DNA of 64,000 nt from Patescibacteria group bacterium (GCA_965660445.1 CBFIAK010000001.1:704001-768000); one strand, 5' to 3'. Shown: positions 41,350 to 51,159, counted from the first letter of the stretch. Program-made: numbers and translations. The notes: a model not told the origin generated them from the sequence alone.

Positions 41350-41603
41350 GACTTTTTGTTGTAGATATATCGCTGTACGGCAAAACAAGTCCAAACAAAC
41401 CCAGAAAGAAATGTTACGACCCCAGAGAGCAGTAATCCTGATGTCCACAAGGCGACAGATATAGTAAATAAACAAAGTGCATACGGAACAGATGTCGAAA
41501 ACCCAATAGGTCCTGTTTTCGTTCGAAATCCATTATATACTTGAGGAAGCAAAGACATACTCAAGATTATATTACAAACCGTAATCACAATATCTTGCCA
41601 CAT
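41346..41603 (-). CDS. PQ-loop/SemiSWEET-like small membrane protein
   Basis: LLPQVY motif, three TMs. Confidence 0.7.
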   Translation of the reverse strand: MWQDIVITVCNIILSMSLLPQVYNGFRTKTGPIGFSTSVPYALCLFTISVALWTSGLLLSGVVTFLSGFVWTCFAVQRYIYNKKS

Positions 41604-41778
41604 AAAATTTTCAGAAAAAAAGTGAATCAAGTATACCAAAAACGGTTCTCTAAAAAAACAGAGTTTATATGGAAATACACTTGCCGTTTTTATATTTCAT
41701 GTTATTATGGTAATAGAAAGAAAAGTTCTTTTAAAACTCGGATAATAAAAAATATTTCAAACAAATTAAGGAGCCTAT

Positions 41779-43338
41779 ATGGATACCCATATACGTTTAC
41801 AGTTCTTAGGTGGTGTGTCAGATGGATCAAATCTTACAGGATCAGCAACAGTACTCACAATACGAAGAAAAAAACAAATAACTCGTATTTTGATTGATGC
41901 TGGTTTGGTTCAATGTGATATGCGTCATTTTTTTGAGCGCAACAACCAAATTTTAAATCATATTGATCCAAAAACAATTGATCATGTGGTATTAACCCAT
42001 GGACATACTGATCATATTGGCAGACTTCCACATTTAGTACGACATGGATTTGGAAGTCGATCTCGTTCATCTCGTATCTTCTGCACCCCGCAAACGGCAA
42101 GTTTACTTGAAGTTATGTTTGAAGACAGTGCAAAGATTCAATCAGAGATGGTTAATATTTTGCGAAAAATCAGTAATTCAAACACAAAGCTTCTCAAAAA
42201 CAGAGACCGATCTCAGTGTTATTTAGGGTCGTATGATCGTAAAAAACAAAAGATCAAACACAATACAAAAAGAGGGGTAGAACCTCTTTTTAGCACAGAA
42301 GATATTCCGAAAACATTAGAAATGGTGAAAGGAGAAGGATGTGCTTACAATGAGTGGATAAAAATATCGAAATATATTTTCGTAAAATTTTATCCAGCAG
42401 GACACGTTTTGGGAAGTGCTGTTTGTGTTTTTCGAATTGAAAGTGAATTTGATACAAAATACATTGGATTTAGTGGAGACTTAGGAAGAAAAGATGGAAT
42501 AATTCTTCCTCCTCCTGAAAACATAAAAGAACCTCTTGATTTTCTGTGTATTGAATCCACTTATGGAAACAAAAGTCACCCAGAGAGAGATTCTGAAATT
42601 CAGAAACTCTTACAGGTTGTCAAAACAGCACAAGAAAAGAAAGAGAAAATACTTATTCCTTCTTTTGCATTAGAACGAGCACAAGAAATTATATACTTGT
42701 TATCGTATTACATACAAGAAGGAAAAATTGATCCAATAAACATATATTTAGATTCCCCCATGGCACAAAAAATCACTGATATTTTTGCTCATGCGTGGAA
42801 CAAAAAAATGTTTCTCGATCAAGACCGATTAGAATTCAATCCTTTTGATAGAGAAAATAATCCATATTTTCATATCATAAGCGATTGGGAAGAATCAAGA
42901 ACATTCATACACACAGAAAAAGGACCATACATTGTTATTGCTGGATCTGGTATGTGTGATCATGGACGCATTCGTTCACACTTAAAACACAACCTTGAAT
43001 CAAATAAGGCTCATATTTGTCTAATCGGCTACATGGGAGATAAAACTCTTGGTAGACGACTCAAAGACAAATGGCCTGTGATTAAGATGAATGGACAAGA
43101 AATAAAAGTAAATGCTCATATTCATAGCTTCGAAAGCTTTTCTGCTCACGCAGATAAAGATTTTCTTCTTGAATATATTATTGCATCTACATGTGATGAA
43201 AAAACTCCGAAAATATTCATCAATCATGGAGAAAGAGAAGGAGCAGAAGAACTTAAAAAACAGATACTTCGATTCTTTGATTTTCATTATGATGATATAA
43301 CGATTCCTTCTTTAAATGAAGAATTCATTTTAGCTTAG
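41779..43338 (+). CDS. MBL-fold beta-CASP ribonuclease (SD-led)
   Basis: THGHTDHIG, AGHVLGS, SGDLG, ESTYG, SGMC..GRI, FSAHAD, HGE; TAAGGAG 41767-41773. Confidence 0.92.
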   Translation: MDTHIRLQFLGGVSDGSNLTGSATVLTIRRKKQITRILIDAGLVQCDMRHFFERNNQILNHIDPKTIDHVVLTHGHTDHIGRLPHLVRHGFGSRSRSSRIFCTPQTASLLEVMFEDSAKIQSEMVNILRKISNSNTKLLKNRDRSQCYLGSYDRKKQKIKHNTKRGVEPLFSTEDIPKTLEMVKGEGCAYNEWIKISKYIFVKFYPAGHVLGSAVCVFRIESEFDTKYIGFSGDLGRKDGIILPPPENIKEPLDFLCIESTYGNKSHPERDSEIQKLLQVVKTAQEKKEKILIPSFALERAQEIIYLLSYYIQEGKIDPINIYLDSPMAQKITDIFAHAWNKKMFLDQDRLEFNPFDRENNPYFHIISDWEESRTFIHTEKGPYIVIAGSGMCDHGRIRSHLKHNLESNKAHICLIGYMGDKTLGRRLKDKWPVIKMNGQEIKVNAHIHSFESFSAHADKDFLLEYIIASTCDEKTPKIFINHGEREGAEELKKQILRFFDFHYDDITIPSLNEEFILA

Positions 43339-43348
43339 GAAAAATAAT

Positions 43349-43382
43349 AAAAGACGTTCCGATAAATCGGGACGTCTTTTTT
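43349..43382. terminator. Palindromic terminator / REP-like element copy 1
   Basis: aaaagacgttccgat-aa-atcgggacgtctttt. Confidence 0.75.
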
Positions 43383-43441
43383 CTTGATTTTAATAAATAA
43401 TAAAATAAAATAAATAAAAAAACAAATAAGGAGAATATAAG

Positions 43442-44104
43442 TTGGCAGCTCTTTTTAGTACGAAAACTACACGGTATTATTTAGAAATAATAACCGTTAT
43501 AGCATTTAGCTATATTGTTATACATATGAGTGGGCATGGTGTTATGATGTTAAGTGAAGACCATTCACATCATATTTCTCATAATCATGAACATCATGAA
43601 CAAATATCCTTTATCGGGACTATTTTCGAAACGAGTATTGGTATTGGTATAAGTGCTCTTTTTGTCTGGCTATGGCAAGGAACAAAATTAAAAAGTATAA
43701 TCCCTTGTAGAGAAGACAATACACTTATTCGAAACAAAAAATCTCACATAATAGCTATTATTGCGCTTTGTCTCCATTTTATACCGGAATCTGGCGTGCG
43801 ACATGAAGTATTCGATACATATAACCAAAATGAATGGATGCACATTCTTATTCTTATTGGTTTTCTGGCTCATATAGGAATTGATATAATCATTGCATTG
43901 CATTTATCTTCCTATTGGGGTAAAAAACATGAACGCATGCTTTCTTTTGTAGGAATATGTATTGCATGGGTTCTAAGTATTGCATTCTACGAATATGTTG
44001 ATATATCAGTATCACAAATACATGAAGGGGTCTTATTATTATTTGGTGGGTTTATATTAAGTATGTTTATTCACATGCCTCATAGAAATCCCGTCCAGAT
44101 ATAA
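43442..44104 (+). CDS. His-rich polytopic membrane protein, possibly a divergent ZIP-like metal transporter
   Basis: TAAGGAG before TTG start; HSHHISHNHEHHE loop; LHFIPE and LAHIGID in TMs. Confidence 0.55.
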   Translation: MAALFSTKTTRYYLEIITVIAFSYIVIHMSGHGVMMLSEDHSHHISHNHEHHEQISFIGTIFETSIGIGISALFVWLWQGTKLKSIIPCREDNTLIRNKKSHIIAIIALCLHFIPESGVRHEVFDTYNQNEWMHILILIGFLAHIGIDIIIALHLSSYWGKKHERMLSFVGICIAWVLSIAFYEYVDISVSQIHEGVLLLFGGFILSMFIHMPHRNPVQI

Positions 44105-44111
44105 TTATCTC

Positions 44112-44142
44112 AAGCGTCCCGATATATCGGGACGCTTTTTTT
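44112..44142. terminator. Palindromic terminator / REP-like element copy 2
   Basis: Perfect 26-bp palindrome aagcgtcccgatatatcgggacgctt plus T-run. Confidence 0.75.
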
Positions 44143-44156
44143 ATAAAAAGAGTATT

Positions 44157-44522
44157 TTATTTAATACGCAGGATTTTCTCTATTTTTCGCCCTTTGGCTA
44201 ACTCATCAACAAGTTTATCTAAATACCGTACTTGTTTCGTTAATGGGTTTTCAATTTCTTCTATACGATACCCACAAATAACCCCAGTAATCAGATGAGC
44301 ATTTCGATTGAGTGTTGCCTGTTGAAAAAATGTTTCAAATGTTTCTTTGTTATTGATAAATTGTTGTATTTGTTTCTCATCAAAGCCAGTCAACCAAGAG
44401 ATAACATGATGAAGTTCTTTTTTGGTTCGACCTTTTTTTTCAATTTTTGTTATATAACACGGATACACTTCCGAAAAAATCATTTTTGCCATACGCTCAT
44501 TGTGTGCTGGTGTTGGTTTCAT
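44157..44522 (-). CDS. DUF2200 family protein
   Basis: VYP.Y..K.EKKGRT, WLTG, ITGVICGYRIEEI, RYLDKLVDELAKG. Confidence 0.92.
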   Translation of the reverse strand: MKPTPAHNERMAKMIFSEVYPCYITKIEKKGRTKKELHHVISWLTGFDEKQIQQFINNKETFETFFQQATLNRNAHLITGVICGYRIEEIENPLTKQVRYLDKLVDELAKGRKIEKILRIK

Positions 44523-44534
44523 ATTATGTCTTTT

Positions 44535-45170
44535 TTAAAAGAGAAACAGAAAACAGTAAAAAATAAGGAACAAAAAAAACAATAGACTGATAATTTTCTT
44601 CGCAAAAATCACATCTTCCTGTTTTAACATTTTTCTTAATGTAAAGACCGATCCAATCATAGCAAAAATCAAAAGACAAACGTAAATAGAAAGTATCTCT
44701 GCATAAGAAAGAGTAAGTCCTCTCATAGTCCCCAGCACAAGTGCGGAAAACCAAGACACCAGAGAAACAGCTCCGCTCAATACTAAGATTACACCTTGAT
44801 GTCGAGAAGAATAATCAAAAAGTTTTCTATGAAAACTTCTTTTTATATATGGAATATGGAGAAAATGAAACACAATTCCATTGATAAGAATAATAGTAAG
44901 AATAGTCATCTTCGCTAAGAACTTGGATGACTCAATAAATTTTTCCGCATCAAGAGCAAACAAACCAATACCCGATATTAAAAGCACGATAAGACCAAAC
45001 CAAACAACCTTGCTTAAGAGATTTAAAAACGAAAACTCAATTTTATCAATATTTTTATCCTCAATACTTTTTAAAAAAATTATATCACTTATAAAAGCAC
45101 CTCCAGCACCAATAACAGCTCCTAGAATATGCACAATGGTAAAAAATTGTTTCAGTATTTCAGTTTCCAT
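44535..45170 (-). CDS. Polytopic membrane protein
   Basis: HILG..IGAGGA..SD, KFLAKM, NG..FH, SWFSA..LG; about six TMs. Confidence 0.75.
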   Translation of the reverse strand: METEILKQFFTIVHILGAVIGAGGAFISDIIFLKSIEDKNIDKIEFSFLNLLSKVVWFGLIVLLISGIGLFALDAEKFIESSKFLAKMTILTIILINGIVFHFLHIPYIKRSFHRKLFDYSSRHQGVILVLSGAVSLVSWFSALVLGTMRGLTLSYAEILSIYVCLLIFAMIGSVFTLRKMLKQEDVIFAKKIISLLFFLFLIFYCFLFLF

Positions 45171-45321
45171 ACGAACAGTATACAACGTATGTATTGTTTA
45201 TTGAAATTTTAGTGTATTAAGTATAAAACTGACGAGGAAACTTTTTCCTTTGAATTATATAAACGAAATACATACTATGAATTTAAATAGCTTGCCATTC
45301 GTAGCAGAGCACATAACCATT

Positions 45322-45583
45322 AAAAAAACAGATATGAGACATATCCGTTCTTATAAACAAAATTCTAGATTCTGGATTCTAGATTCTCGTTTCTAGAATC
45401 TAGTCCGCTTAAGCGGCTGGTGGGCAGGTGAAAGGATTCGAACCCGCGATCGCTCCTTCGGTGTAACCGAGATGCTCTACAATATCAAAAAAAACAGATA
45501 TGAGACATATCTGTTCTTATAAACAAAATTCTAGATTCTGGATTCTAGATTCTCGTTTCTAGAATCTAGTCCGCTTAAGCGGC
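45322..45583. repeat. 96-bp direct repeat (45322-45417, 45488-45583) containing the tRNA-Val terminator and TTCTAGA-type heptamer repeats
   Basis: One mismatch between copies, period 166 bp. Confidence 0.92.
45418..45479 (-). pseudogene. Degenerate 3' partial copy of tRNA-Val
   Basis: tggtgggc...ggattcgaacccgcga...tcggtgtaa.cgagatgctcta aligns to tRNA-Val with several insertions; 5' end missing. Confidence 0.85.
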
Positions 45584-45660
45584 TGGTGGGCGATGAGGGA
45601 TTCGAACCCGCGACCTCCTCGGTGTAAACGAGATGCTCTAGCCAACTGAGCTAATCGCCC
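45584..45660 (-). tRNA. tRNA-Val(TAC)
   Basis: GGGCGATTAGCTCAG...loop TTTACAC...GGTTCGAATCC...CCA. Confidence 0.96.
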
Positions 45661-45702
45661 TTATTTTATAAACTCTTATCTTTTGTACGGCAATCGGAGG
45701 AA

Positions 45703-45751
45703 ACCTCCTCGGTGTAAGCGATTTGCTCTGCCCTACTTCAGCTAATCGCTC
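45703..45751 (-). pseudogene. Degenerate 5' partial copy of tRNA-Val
   Basis: gagcgattagct...agagca..tcg.ttacaccgaggaggt matches the first ~48 nt of the tRNA; no T-arm. Confidence 0.8.
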
Positions 45752-45849
45752 ATACAAACGTGAAGAAATTATAAACACTTCAACACGAAAATCAAATTAT
45801 TTTTTAAAAAAAAGTGGTGGGATTTCCCCCACCACTTTTTTCTATTTTT

Positions 45850-46533
45850 TTAAAGATCAGGAGAAACTCGAATCCCCACTCCCATTGTAGAATTAATCGT
45901 AATTCCTTTTATATACAACCCTTTTGAAGTTGATGGTTTTGCGTCTTTAATAGTCTGAATCATTGTTCGCAAATTCTCTTCTAATTGAGATTCTTTAAAA
46001 CTGAGTTTTCCAAAAATAGTATGAACAATTCCTGTTTTATCGTTTCGAAACTCTAATCGCCCAGCTTTTAATTCACCAATTGCTTTCTCAATATCAGGGG
46101 TTACCGTTCCTGCCTTTGGATTTGGCATCAACCCTCGCGGACCAAGCACACGAGCAATCTTTGCTAACTCTTTCATCATTTCTGGCGTTGCAACAGCAAC
46201 ATCAAAATCTGTCCATCCTTTCTGAATTTTATCAATCAAGCTTTCAGACCCTGCCTCTATTGCTCCAGCAGATTTTGCGCCTTTTACTTTATCGTCACTA
46301 CAAAAAGCAATAATGTTTACTTTTTTTCCTGTTCCATGTGGTAACTGAATAGTAGACCGAATTTGTTGGTCTGCATGTTTTGGGTTAATCCCTAAGTTAA
46401 AATGAATCTCTGCTGTAGCATCAAACTTTACTGTTGAAGTTTTTTTCATTAAGGCAACAGCTTCTGATACTGAATACAATTTCTCCTTATCAAAGGATTC
46501 ATACGCCGATCTGAGTGATTTCGATTGTTTCAT
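45850..46533 (-). CDS. rplA: 50S ribosomal protein L1
   Basis: KFD, LPHGTGK, LGPRGLMPNPKAGT, STMG. Confidence 0.97.
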   Translation of the reverse strand: MKQSKSLRSAYESFDKEKLYSVSEAVALMKKTSTVKFDATAEIHFNLGINPKHADQQIRSTIQLPHGTGKKVNIIAFCSDDKVKGAKSAGAIEAGSESLIDKIQKGWTDFDVAVATPEMMKELAKIARVLGPRGLMPNPKAGTVTPDIEKAIGELKAGRLEFRNDKTGIVHTIFGKLSFKESQLEENLRTMIQTIKDAKPSTSKGLYIKGITINSTMGVGIRVSPDL

Positions 46534-46549
46534 AAGAAAATAAAATTAA

Positions 46550-46592
46550 GTGGTAATAATGGATCAAAAATTTTTAGTGGCGATCCTCCCAC
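46550..46592 (-). promoter_or_regulatory. Putative L1-binding autoregulatory RNA element
   Basis: gtgggaggatc...gatccattattaccac between rplK and rplA, typical GUGGGAG/ACCAC internal-loop architecture. Confidence 0.65.
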
Positions 46593-46610
46593 AAGTGGTC
46601 AATCCAAAAA

Positions 46611-47051
46611 CTATACAATTTCTGGTTCTAATCCCATTCGTTTTGCCGTTCCTGCAATAATCTTTACAGCCGCATCCATATCATTTGCGTTTAAGTCTTT
46701 CATTTTGATAGTTGCGACTTCTTCTAATTGTGAACGTGTAATTTTTCCAATCTTATCGGTATTTGGTTTACTTGATCCTTTTGCAATACCAAGCACTTTT
46801 TTAATCAATACTGATGCTGGTGGAGTTTTAAGTTCTAATTCAAAACTTTTGTCTTCAAAAACATAACAAATAACAGGAATAATAAGACCTTCTGCTTTTT
46901 GATCAGCAGTCTTATCATTAAATTCAGAACAAAAAGCTTGAATATTAACTTTGTGTTGTCCTAACACTGGCCCAACTGGCGGTGCAGGAGTAGCAGCTCC
47001 AGCTTTTAACTGGATTTTAAATTTCGATACAAACGGTTTTTTAGGAGGCAT
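46611..47051 (-). CDS. rplK: 50S ribosomal protein L11
   Basis: [27 protein letters not shown]. Confidence 0.97.
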   Translation of the reverse strand: MPPKKPFVSKFKIQLKAGAATPAPPVGPVLGQHKVNIQAFCSEFNDKTADQKAEGLIIPVICYVFEDKSFELELKTPPASVLIKKVLGIAKGSSKPNTDKIGKITRSQLEEVATIKMKDLNANDMDAAVKIIAGTAKRMGLEPEIV

Positions 47052-47079
47052 GATAAAATAAAATTATAAAAATGAAATA

Positions 47080-47628
47080 TTAAATTTTTTTGTTTACTTG
47101 GTTAAAATCAAGTTCTACAGGTGTTTCTCGGTCAAAAATAGAAACCATAACCGTTACTTTTCCTTTTGCATTATTTACTTCTGAAATAACACCTTCGTAA
47201 TTTAAGAAAGGTCCTTCTTTAATAACCACTAAATCCCCTTTCTCCATTTTAATCTCAGTCGTTGGATTTTGAGATCCAATACGTCGTTTAATAACACCAA
47301 ATTCTTCTGGAAGTACTGGTACCGGAATATTCCCCGACCCTACAAACCCTGTTACGTTTGGAGTGTTTCGCACCACAAACCATGAAGCGTCTGTTACAAT
47401 CATATTCACAAGCACATACCCCGGAAACAAGTTTTTTTCAACTGTTTGTTGTTTCCCATTTCGGTACACAACAACTTTTTCTTTTGGAACAATAACTTCA
47501 AAAATGTATTCCTGCATACTCATCGATTCAATTCGTTGTTCTAACGCACGTGAAACAGCGTCTTCATACCCAGAATAGGTGTGAATAACATACCATTGCC
47601 GCCCAAGCGAAGAATCTTGTTTTACCAT
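47080..47628 (-). CDS. nusG: Transcription factor NusG
   Basis: WYVIHTYSGYE, FPGYVLV, VRNTPNVTGFVG, KOW, FDRETPVEL. Confidence 0.97.
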   Translation of the reverse strand: MVKQDSSLGRQWYVIHTYSGYEDAVSRALEQRIESMSMQEYIFEVIVPKEKVVVYRNGKQQTVEKNLFPGYVLVNMIVTDASWFVVRNTPNVTGFVGSGNIPVPVLPEEFGVIKRRIGSQNPTTEIKMEKGDLVVIKEGPFLNYEGVISEVNNAKGKVTVMVSIFDRETPVELDFNQVNKKI

Positions 47629-47642
47629 AGTTGTCTCGAAAA

Positions 47643-47816
47643 TTAAAGAAAAGAAAGAAAAGTTGTTCCTAACACGTTATCAAGAACACTCAAAAACACA
47701 CCAACAATAAACATAATGGTCACAACTGTTACCATAGAATGAACCGCTTGGTTCTTTGTTGGCCAAGTGACATTATGAAGTTCCGCAATATGTTTTTTTA
47801 GAAAATTATTCATCAT
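47643..47816 (-). CDS. secE: Preprotein translocase SecE
   Basis: ELHNVTWPT plus single TM, upstream of nusG. Confidence 0.9.
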   Translation of the reverse strand: MMNNFLKKHIAELHNVTWPTKNQAVHSMVTVVTIMFIVGVFLSVLDNVLGTTFLSFL

Positions 47817-47893
47817 GGTCGCAAAAATTGTCCGCTTGATTGTGACTTCTTTTTTTGTTTTGTCAACATTTTTTTGTCTCCAATTCGCAATTT

Positions 47894-48376
47894 TTAAGTC
47901 CTCTGATTGAAGTATTGCCACATCAAAAACCCACCTTCTGTAATACCGGCAATAATTAGAGCACTAAAACAAAGCCCTATACTGATAAGAAGAATGCTTT
48001 TTTTCTTTGATACTCCAAACAAATACGATACCAATACCCCACTCCACACTCCACTACCCGGTAAAGGAATAGCGACAAACGTAATCAACATTATATCGCC
48101 TAAAAGTATCATTTTTTGTGAATGTTTGCGGCGAGTTCTCTCTAAAAACCATTCCAGTATTTGGTGTAAAAAATAAATATGACGTTGTGTGTAATAGACC
48201 AAAACTGGAAGTCCGTACACTAAAGCCCATGTAAGAAGAATACCAGCCACAACAGAAACCACTACCGATTGCCAAAGCTCAAGTCCATACTCAAGATACC
48301 CCATCGGAATCGATGCTCGTATTTCCACTAAAGGCAATATTGCCCAAAAAGCTGTTTTTAAAATTGATGGAATCAT
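47894..48376 (-). CDS. Small multi-drug export (COG2426-like) membrane protein
   Basis: LPLVEIRASIP, FVAIPLPGSGVWSG. Confidence 0.85.
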   Translation of the reverse strand: MIPSILKTAFWAILPLVEIRASIPMGYLEYGLELWQSVVVSVVAGILLTWALVYGLPVLVYYTQRHIYFLHQILEWFLERTRRKHSQKMILLGDIMLITFVAIPLPGSGVWSGVLVSYLFGVSKKKSILLISIGLCFSALIIAGITEGGFLMWQYFNQRT

Positions 48377-49389
48377 ACAGAAGAAAATGAATAAGTAATC
48401 GTTTCACTCGCATTATGAATACGAGAATCGTTTAGGGTTTTTTGTAATTGATCATCATGTAGCACTGACTCTACAATATCAGGAAATCTCATACAAGTCT
48501 CTTTATTTTGTGGTGCGATAACACACAACCCTTTTTTTTCAAAAAACTGAGCATTGTGCATCTGGTGGTTTCGTGCCACCGATGGCAATGGAATAATAAT
48601 ACTTTTTTTCTGTGCGGAAACAATTTCAAACAAAGAGTTTGCCCCAGCCCGAGCCACAACTATATCACACGATCTTAAAAAAGAAGAAAGATCATCAACA
48701 CTTAAAAACTCATACTGTCTTAAATAATCGTGCTGAATATCTATCTTTTTTCCAAGTCCGGTTACGAGCACCACTTCATATTTCGCACATAATCGATCAA
48801 TATGGTCTAAAACAAGAGTATTTATAAACACAGACCCTTGAGACCCTCCAAATACAAAGAGTTTTGGTCGTTTTGTTTTCCAATCCCCTTTCTTATGTTG
48901 TAATGGTTCATAAAAAAGAGGTGATGGTGATTTCTCATCAAAACTTTCAAACACTCGATCCGCATGCCGACGAATAAATTTCGTCATTTCTCCAGCGGAT
49001 ATATCCGATTCATGAGCAAACACTTTCCCTTTATATCGTGGGTACAACCAAAACCCAGCGATAAGAAAAGGAAACCCCACAAAACCTCCTTTAAAAAACA
49101 AAATATCCGGTTTCAACGTTCGCAAAAGAGTTCGAGCACTCCATATAGACTGAATAATAAGAAAAATATCGACTATATTTCTCCATGATATATACCGACG
49201 CATCTTTCCTGTGCTTAAGAAATATACAGGAATGTCTTGAAAATTTTCTTGCACAATAGTTCTATCTAAAGCAGCATCATGCACTACCAATGAAACAGAA
49301 ATACCTTTTTTCTGACAAGCGGAAACGAGCGGACGCAAAGGCAATATATGTCCCCCCGTTCCCCCACCGATGAGTAGTGCTTTTTTCAT
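48373..49389 (-). CDS. murG: Lipid II GlcNAc transferase MurG
   Basis: GGGTGGHI, KGGFV, HESD, GGSQG, RAGA, HQMHNA. Confidence 0.93.
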   Translation of the reverse strand: MKKALLIGGGTGGHILPLRPLVSACQKKGISVSLVVHDAALDRTIVQENFQDIPVYFLSTGKMRRYISWRNIVDIFLIIQSIWSARTLLRTLKPDILFFKGGFVGFPFLIAGFWLYPRYKGKVFAHESDISAGEMTKFIRRHADRVFESFDEKSPSPLFYEPLQHKKGDWKTKRPKLFVFGGSQGSVFINTLVLDHIDRLCAKYEVVLVTGLGKKIDIQHDYLRQYEFLSVDDLSSFLRSCDIVVARAGANSLFEIVSAQKKSIIIPLPSVARNHQMHNAQFFEKKGLCVIAPQNKETCMRFPDIVESVLHDDQLQKTLNDSRIHNASETITYSFSSV

Positions 49390-49397
49390 ATCTGTGT

Positions 49398-50510
49398 CTA
49401 AAGAATATATCGTCTCTTTGGTTTTTGGTTTACTCGAGAAGAAATATTCAAGAGTAATCCTAAAGATGCTAAAGTAACAACCAGTGATGTTCCTCCATAC
49501 GACAATAAAGGCAACGTAATTCCTGTATTAGGCAATAACGCCATATTCACTCCAATATTAATAAAAGCTTGTCCCGTAAACCATGTTGTTATTCCAACAG
49601 CTAAAAATTGAGTAAACTTATCCGATGCCGATTGAGCTATTGAGTATCCTTTAAACGCAATAAATAAGTAAACCCCCAATAAAATAAGAACTCTAAAAAA
49701 CCCCATTTCTTCTGATATTGCTGAAAATATCGTATCCGATTGCACTTCTGGCAAGTAATCATATTTCTGAATTGAGTTTTGAAACCCTCGTCCAAAAACA
49801 CCACCCGATCCAATAGCAATAAGAGCTTGTTTGATCTGAAACCCTGTATTGAGAGGATCTAAATCCGGGTTTAGGTATACGCGAACACGGTGCAAAATAT
49901 AATCGTTTGTAAACACAACAACAAGAGCTGACATCATCATAAAAAGAGCTCCAAAAAGAACATGTTTTATGTTGGCTCCAGCAACAAGATAAATAGAAGT
50001 CACTGATATCACAAGAACCAATAATGATCCAAAATCTGATTGAATAGTTAAGAGAATTGCTGGAATTCCAAGCGCTACAGCAAACGGAATAAGTCCGTTT
50101 TCAAAACTATAAGCGTTTATTTTTTCACTCGAAAATAATGCCGCGACAAAAGCCACCATCGCCAGCTTCACAAGCTCTACTGGTTGAAACGAAATTGGTC
50201 CTAAACGAAGCCACAGCGTCGCCGTTGTTCCATAACTCTCACCCGAAAGAAGTGTTGCGAGAATAAGCACAATACCAATAATGTAAAAAATATGAGACCA
50301 TTGACGAATCTTTTCAAGAGAAAATCGTGTCATAACGAGCAAAGCTCCAATTCCAATAACCATATATGAAAAATGTTTCCAGAAATAGAAATCGTTTTCT
50401 CCTGTTACATTAAAACTTCCCGCAATAGAAATCGAACTCATCATCACGAGTCCAAAAAACGTGAGAAGAGTTACTGCAATCAAGAGTCCTTTATCAAAGC
50501 GTTCGAACAT
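49398..50510 (-). CDS. ftsW: SEDS peptidoglycan polymerase FtsW
   Basis: FQPVE..K, AIGSGG..GRG, LPE..SDTIF, P.TGITLPLLSYGGTS. Confidence 0.92.
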   Translation of the reverse strand: MFERFDKGLLIAVTLLTFFGLVMMSSISIAGSFNVTGENDFYFWKHFSYMVIGIGALLVMTRFSLEKIRQWSHIFYIIGIVLILATLLSGESYGTTATLWLRLGPISFQPVELVKLAMVAFVAALFSSEKINAYSFENGLIPFAVALGIPAILLTIQSDFGSLLVLVISVTSIYLVAGANIKHVLFGALFMMMSALVVVFTNDYILHRVRVYLNPDLDPLNTGFQIKQALIAIGSGGVFGRGFQNSIQKYDYLPEVQSDTIFSAISEEMGFFRVLILLGVYLFIAFKGYSIAQSASDKFTQFLAVGITTWFTGQAFINIGVNMALLPNTGITLPLLSYGGTSLVVTLASLGLLLNISSRVNQKPKRRYIL

Positions 50511-50559
50511 GCGACTTTACTCTACCCAATTTTTCAAAAATGAAAAGAAAATAAAGAGG

Positions 50560-51159
50560 TTACATATTTGTTTTCTTCTGTGATATCCACGAACGAAGAA
50601 TAACAATACTGGTATGAAGAAAAGAATACACAAAAATAGCCAGTATAATATATTTCCAGTAAGGTCCCATCCAAAACCAAAACACATCCCCCCAAAAAGA
50701 AGCCACAACGGTAACCATTGCAACCATTATAATCACCCCCATTATATTAAAAAAACTAAAAAGACGCCCATTCATGTGTAGTGAACCCGCAATAAAAGCC
50801 CCAAAAGGACGAAAAGTAGGCACTAAGGAAGTAAGGAATATTGTTTTTGAACCATACCGATGCATAAACGTTTTACATTGTTCAACTCGTTTATGAGAAA
50901 GAAAAAACTTATAGCCATGATCCACTAACCACCGTGCACCATTACGATGTCCAAACTCAAACAAAATACGGTTTGAAAGAGGCGGAATCACAACCGCTAT
51001 TAAAACAATCTGCCATACAGGAAACGCATGAGTACTCTGGGCATACAAAATAGACGTAAAAAGTATGGTTATAGTCGGGAAAAAGAACCCCAAATCGTCT
51101 AAAAAAAAGACAACACAAAGCACATATAAACCATAGGAGTGAAGCAAATCTTGAATCAT
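50560..51159 (-). CDS. DedA family membrane protein
   Basis: F..YG...IF....VP.FR....FIAG...M...F..FN. Confidence 0.85.
   Translation of the reverse strand: MIQDLLHSYGLYVLCVVFFLDDLGFFFPTITILFTSILYAQSTHAFPVWQIVLIAVVIPPLSNRILFEFGHRNGARWLVDHGYKFFLSHKRVEQCKTFMHRYGSKTIFLTSLVPTFRPFGAFIAGSLHMNGRLFSFFNIMGVIIMVAMVTVVASFWGDVFWFWMGPYWKYIILAIFVYSFLHTSIVILRSWISQKKTNM

Noticed and set aside
43381-43441. boxA-like motif for the SD-led gene at 43442
   Set aside because: None visible; the leader is only A-rich, so this gene fits the SD class but not the motif class.
45322-45660. CRISPR array or prophage attachment with integrated element
   Set aside because: Only two 96-bp copies, the intervening DNA is tRNA-derived, and no cas, integrase or phage genes are in the window.
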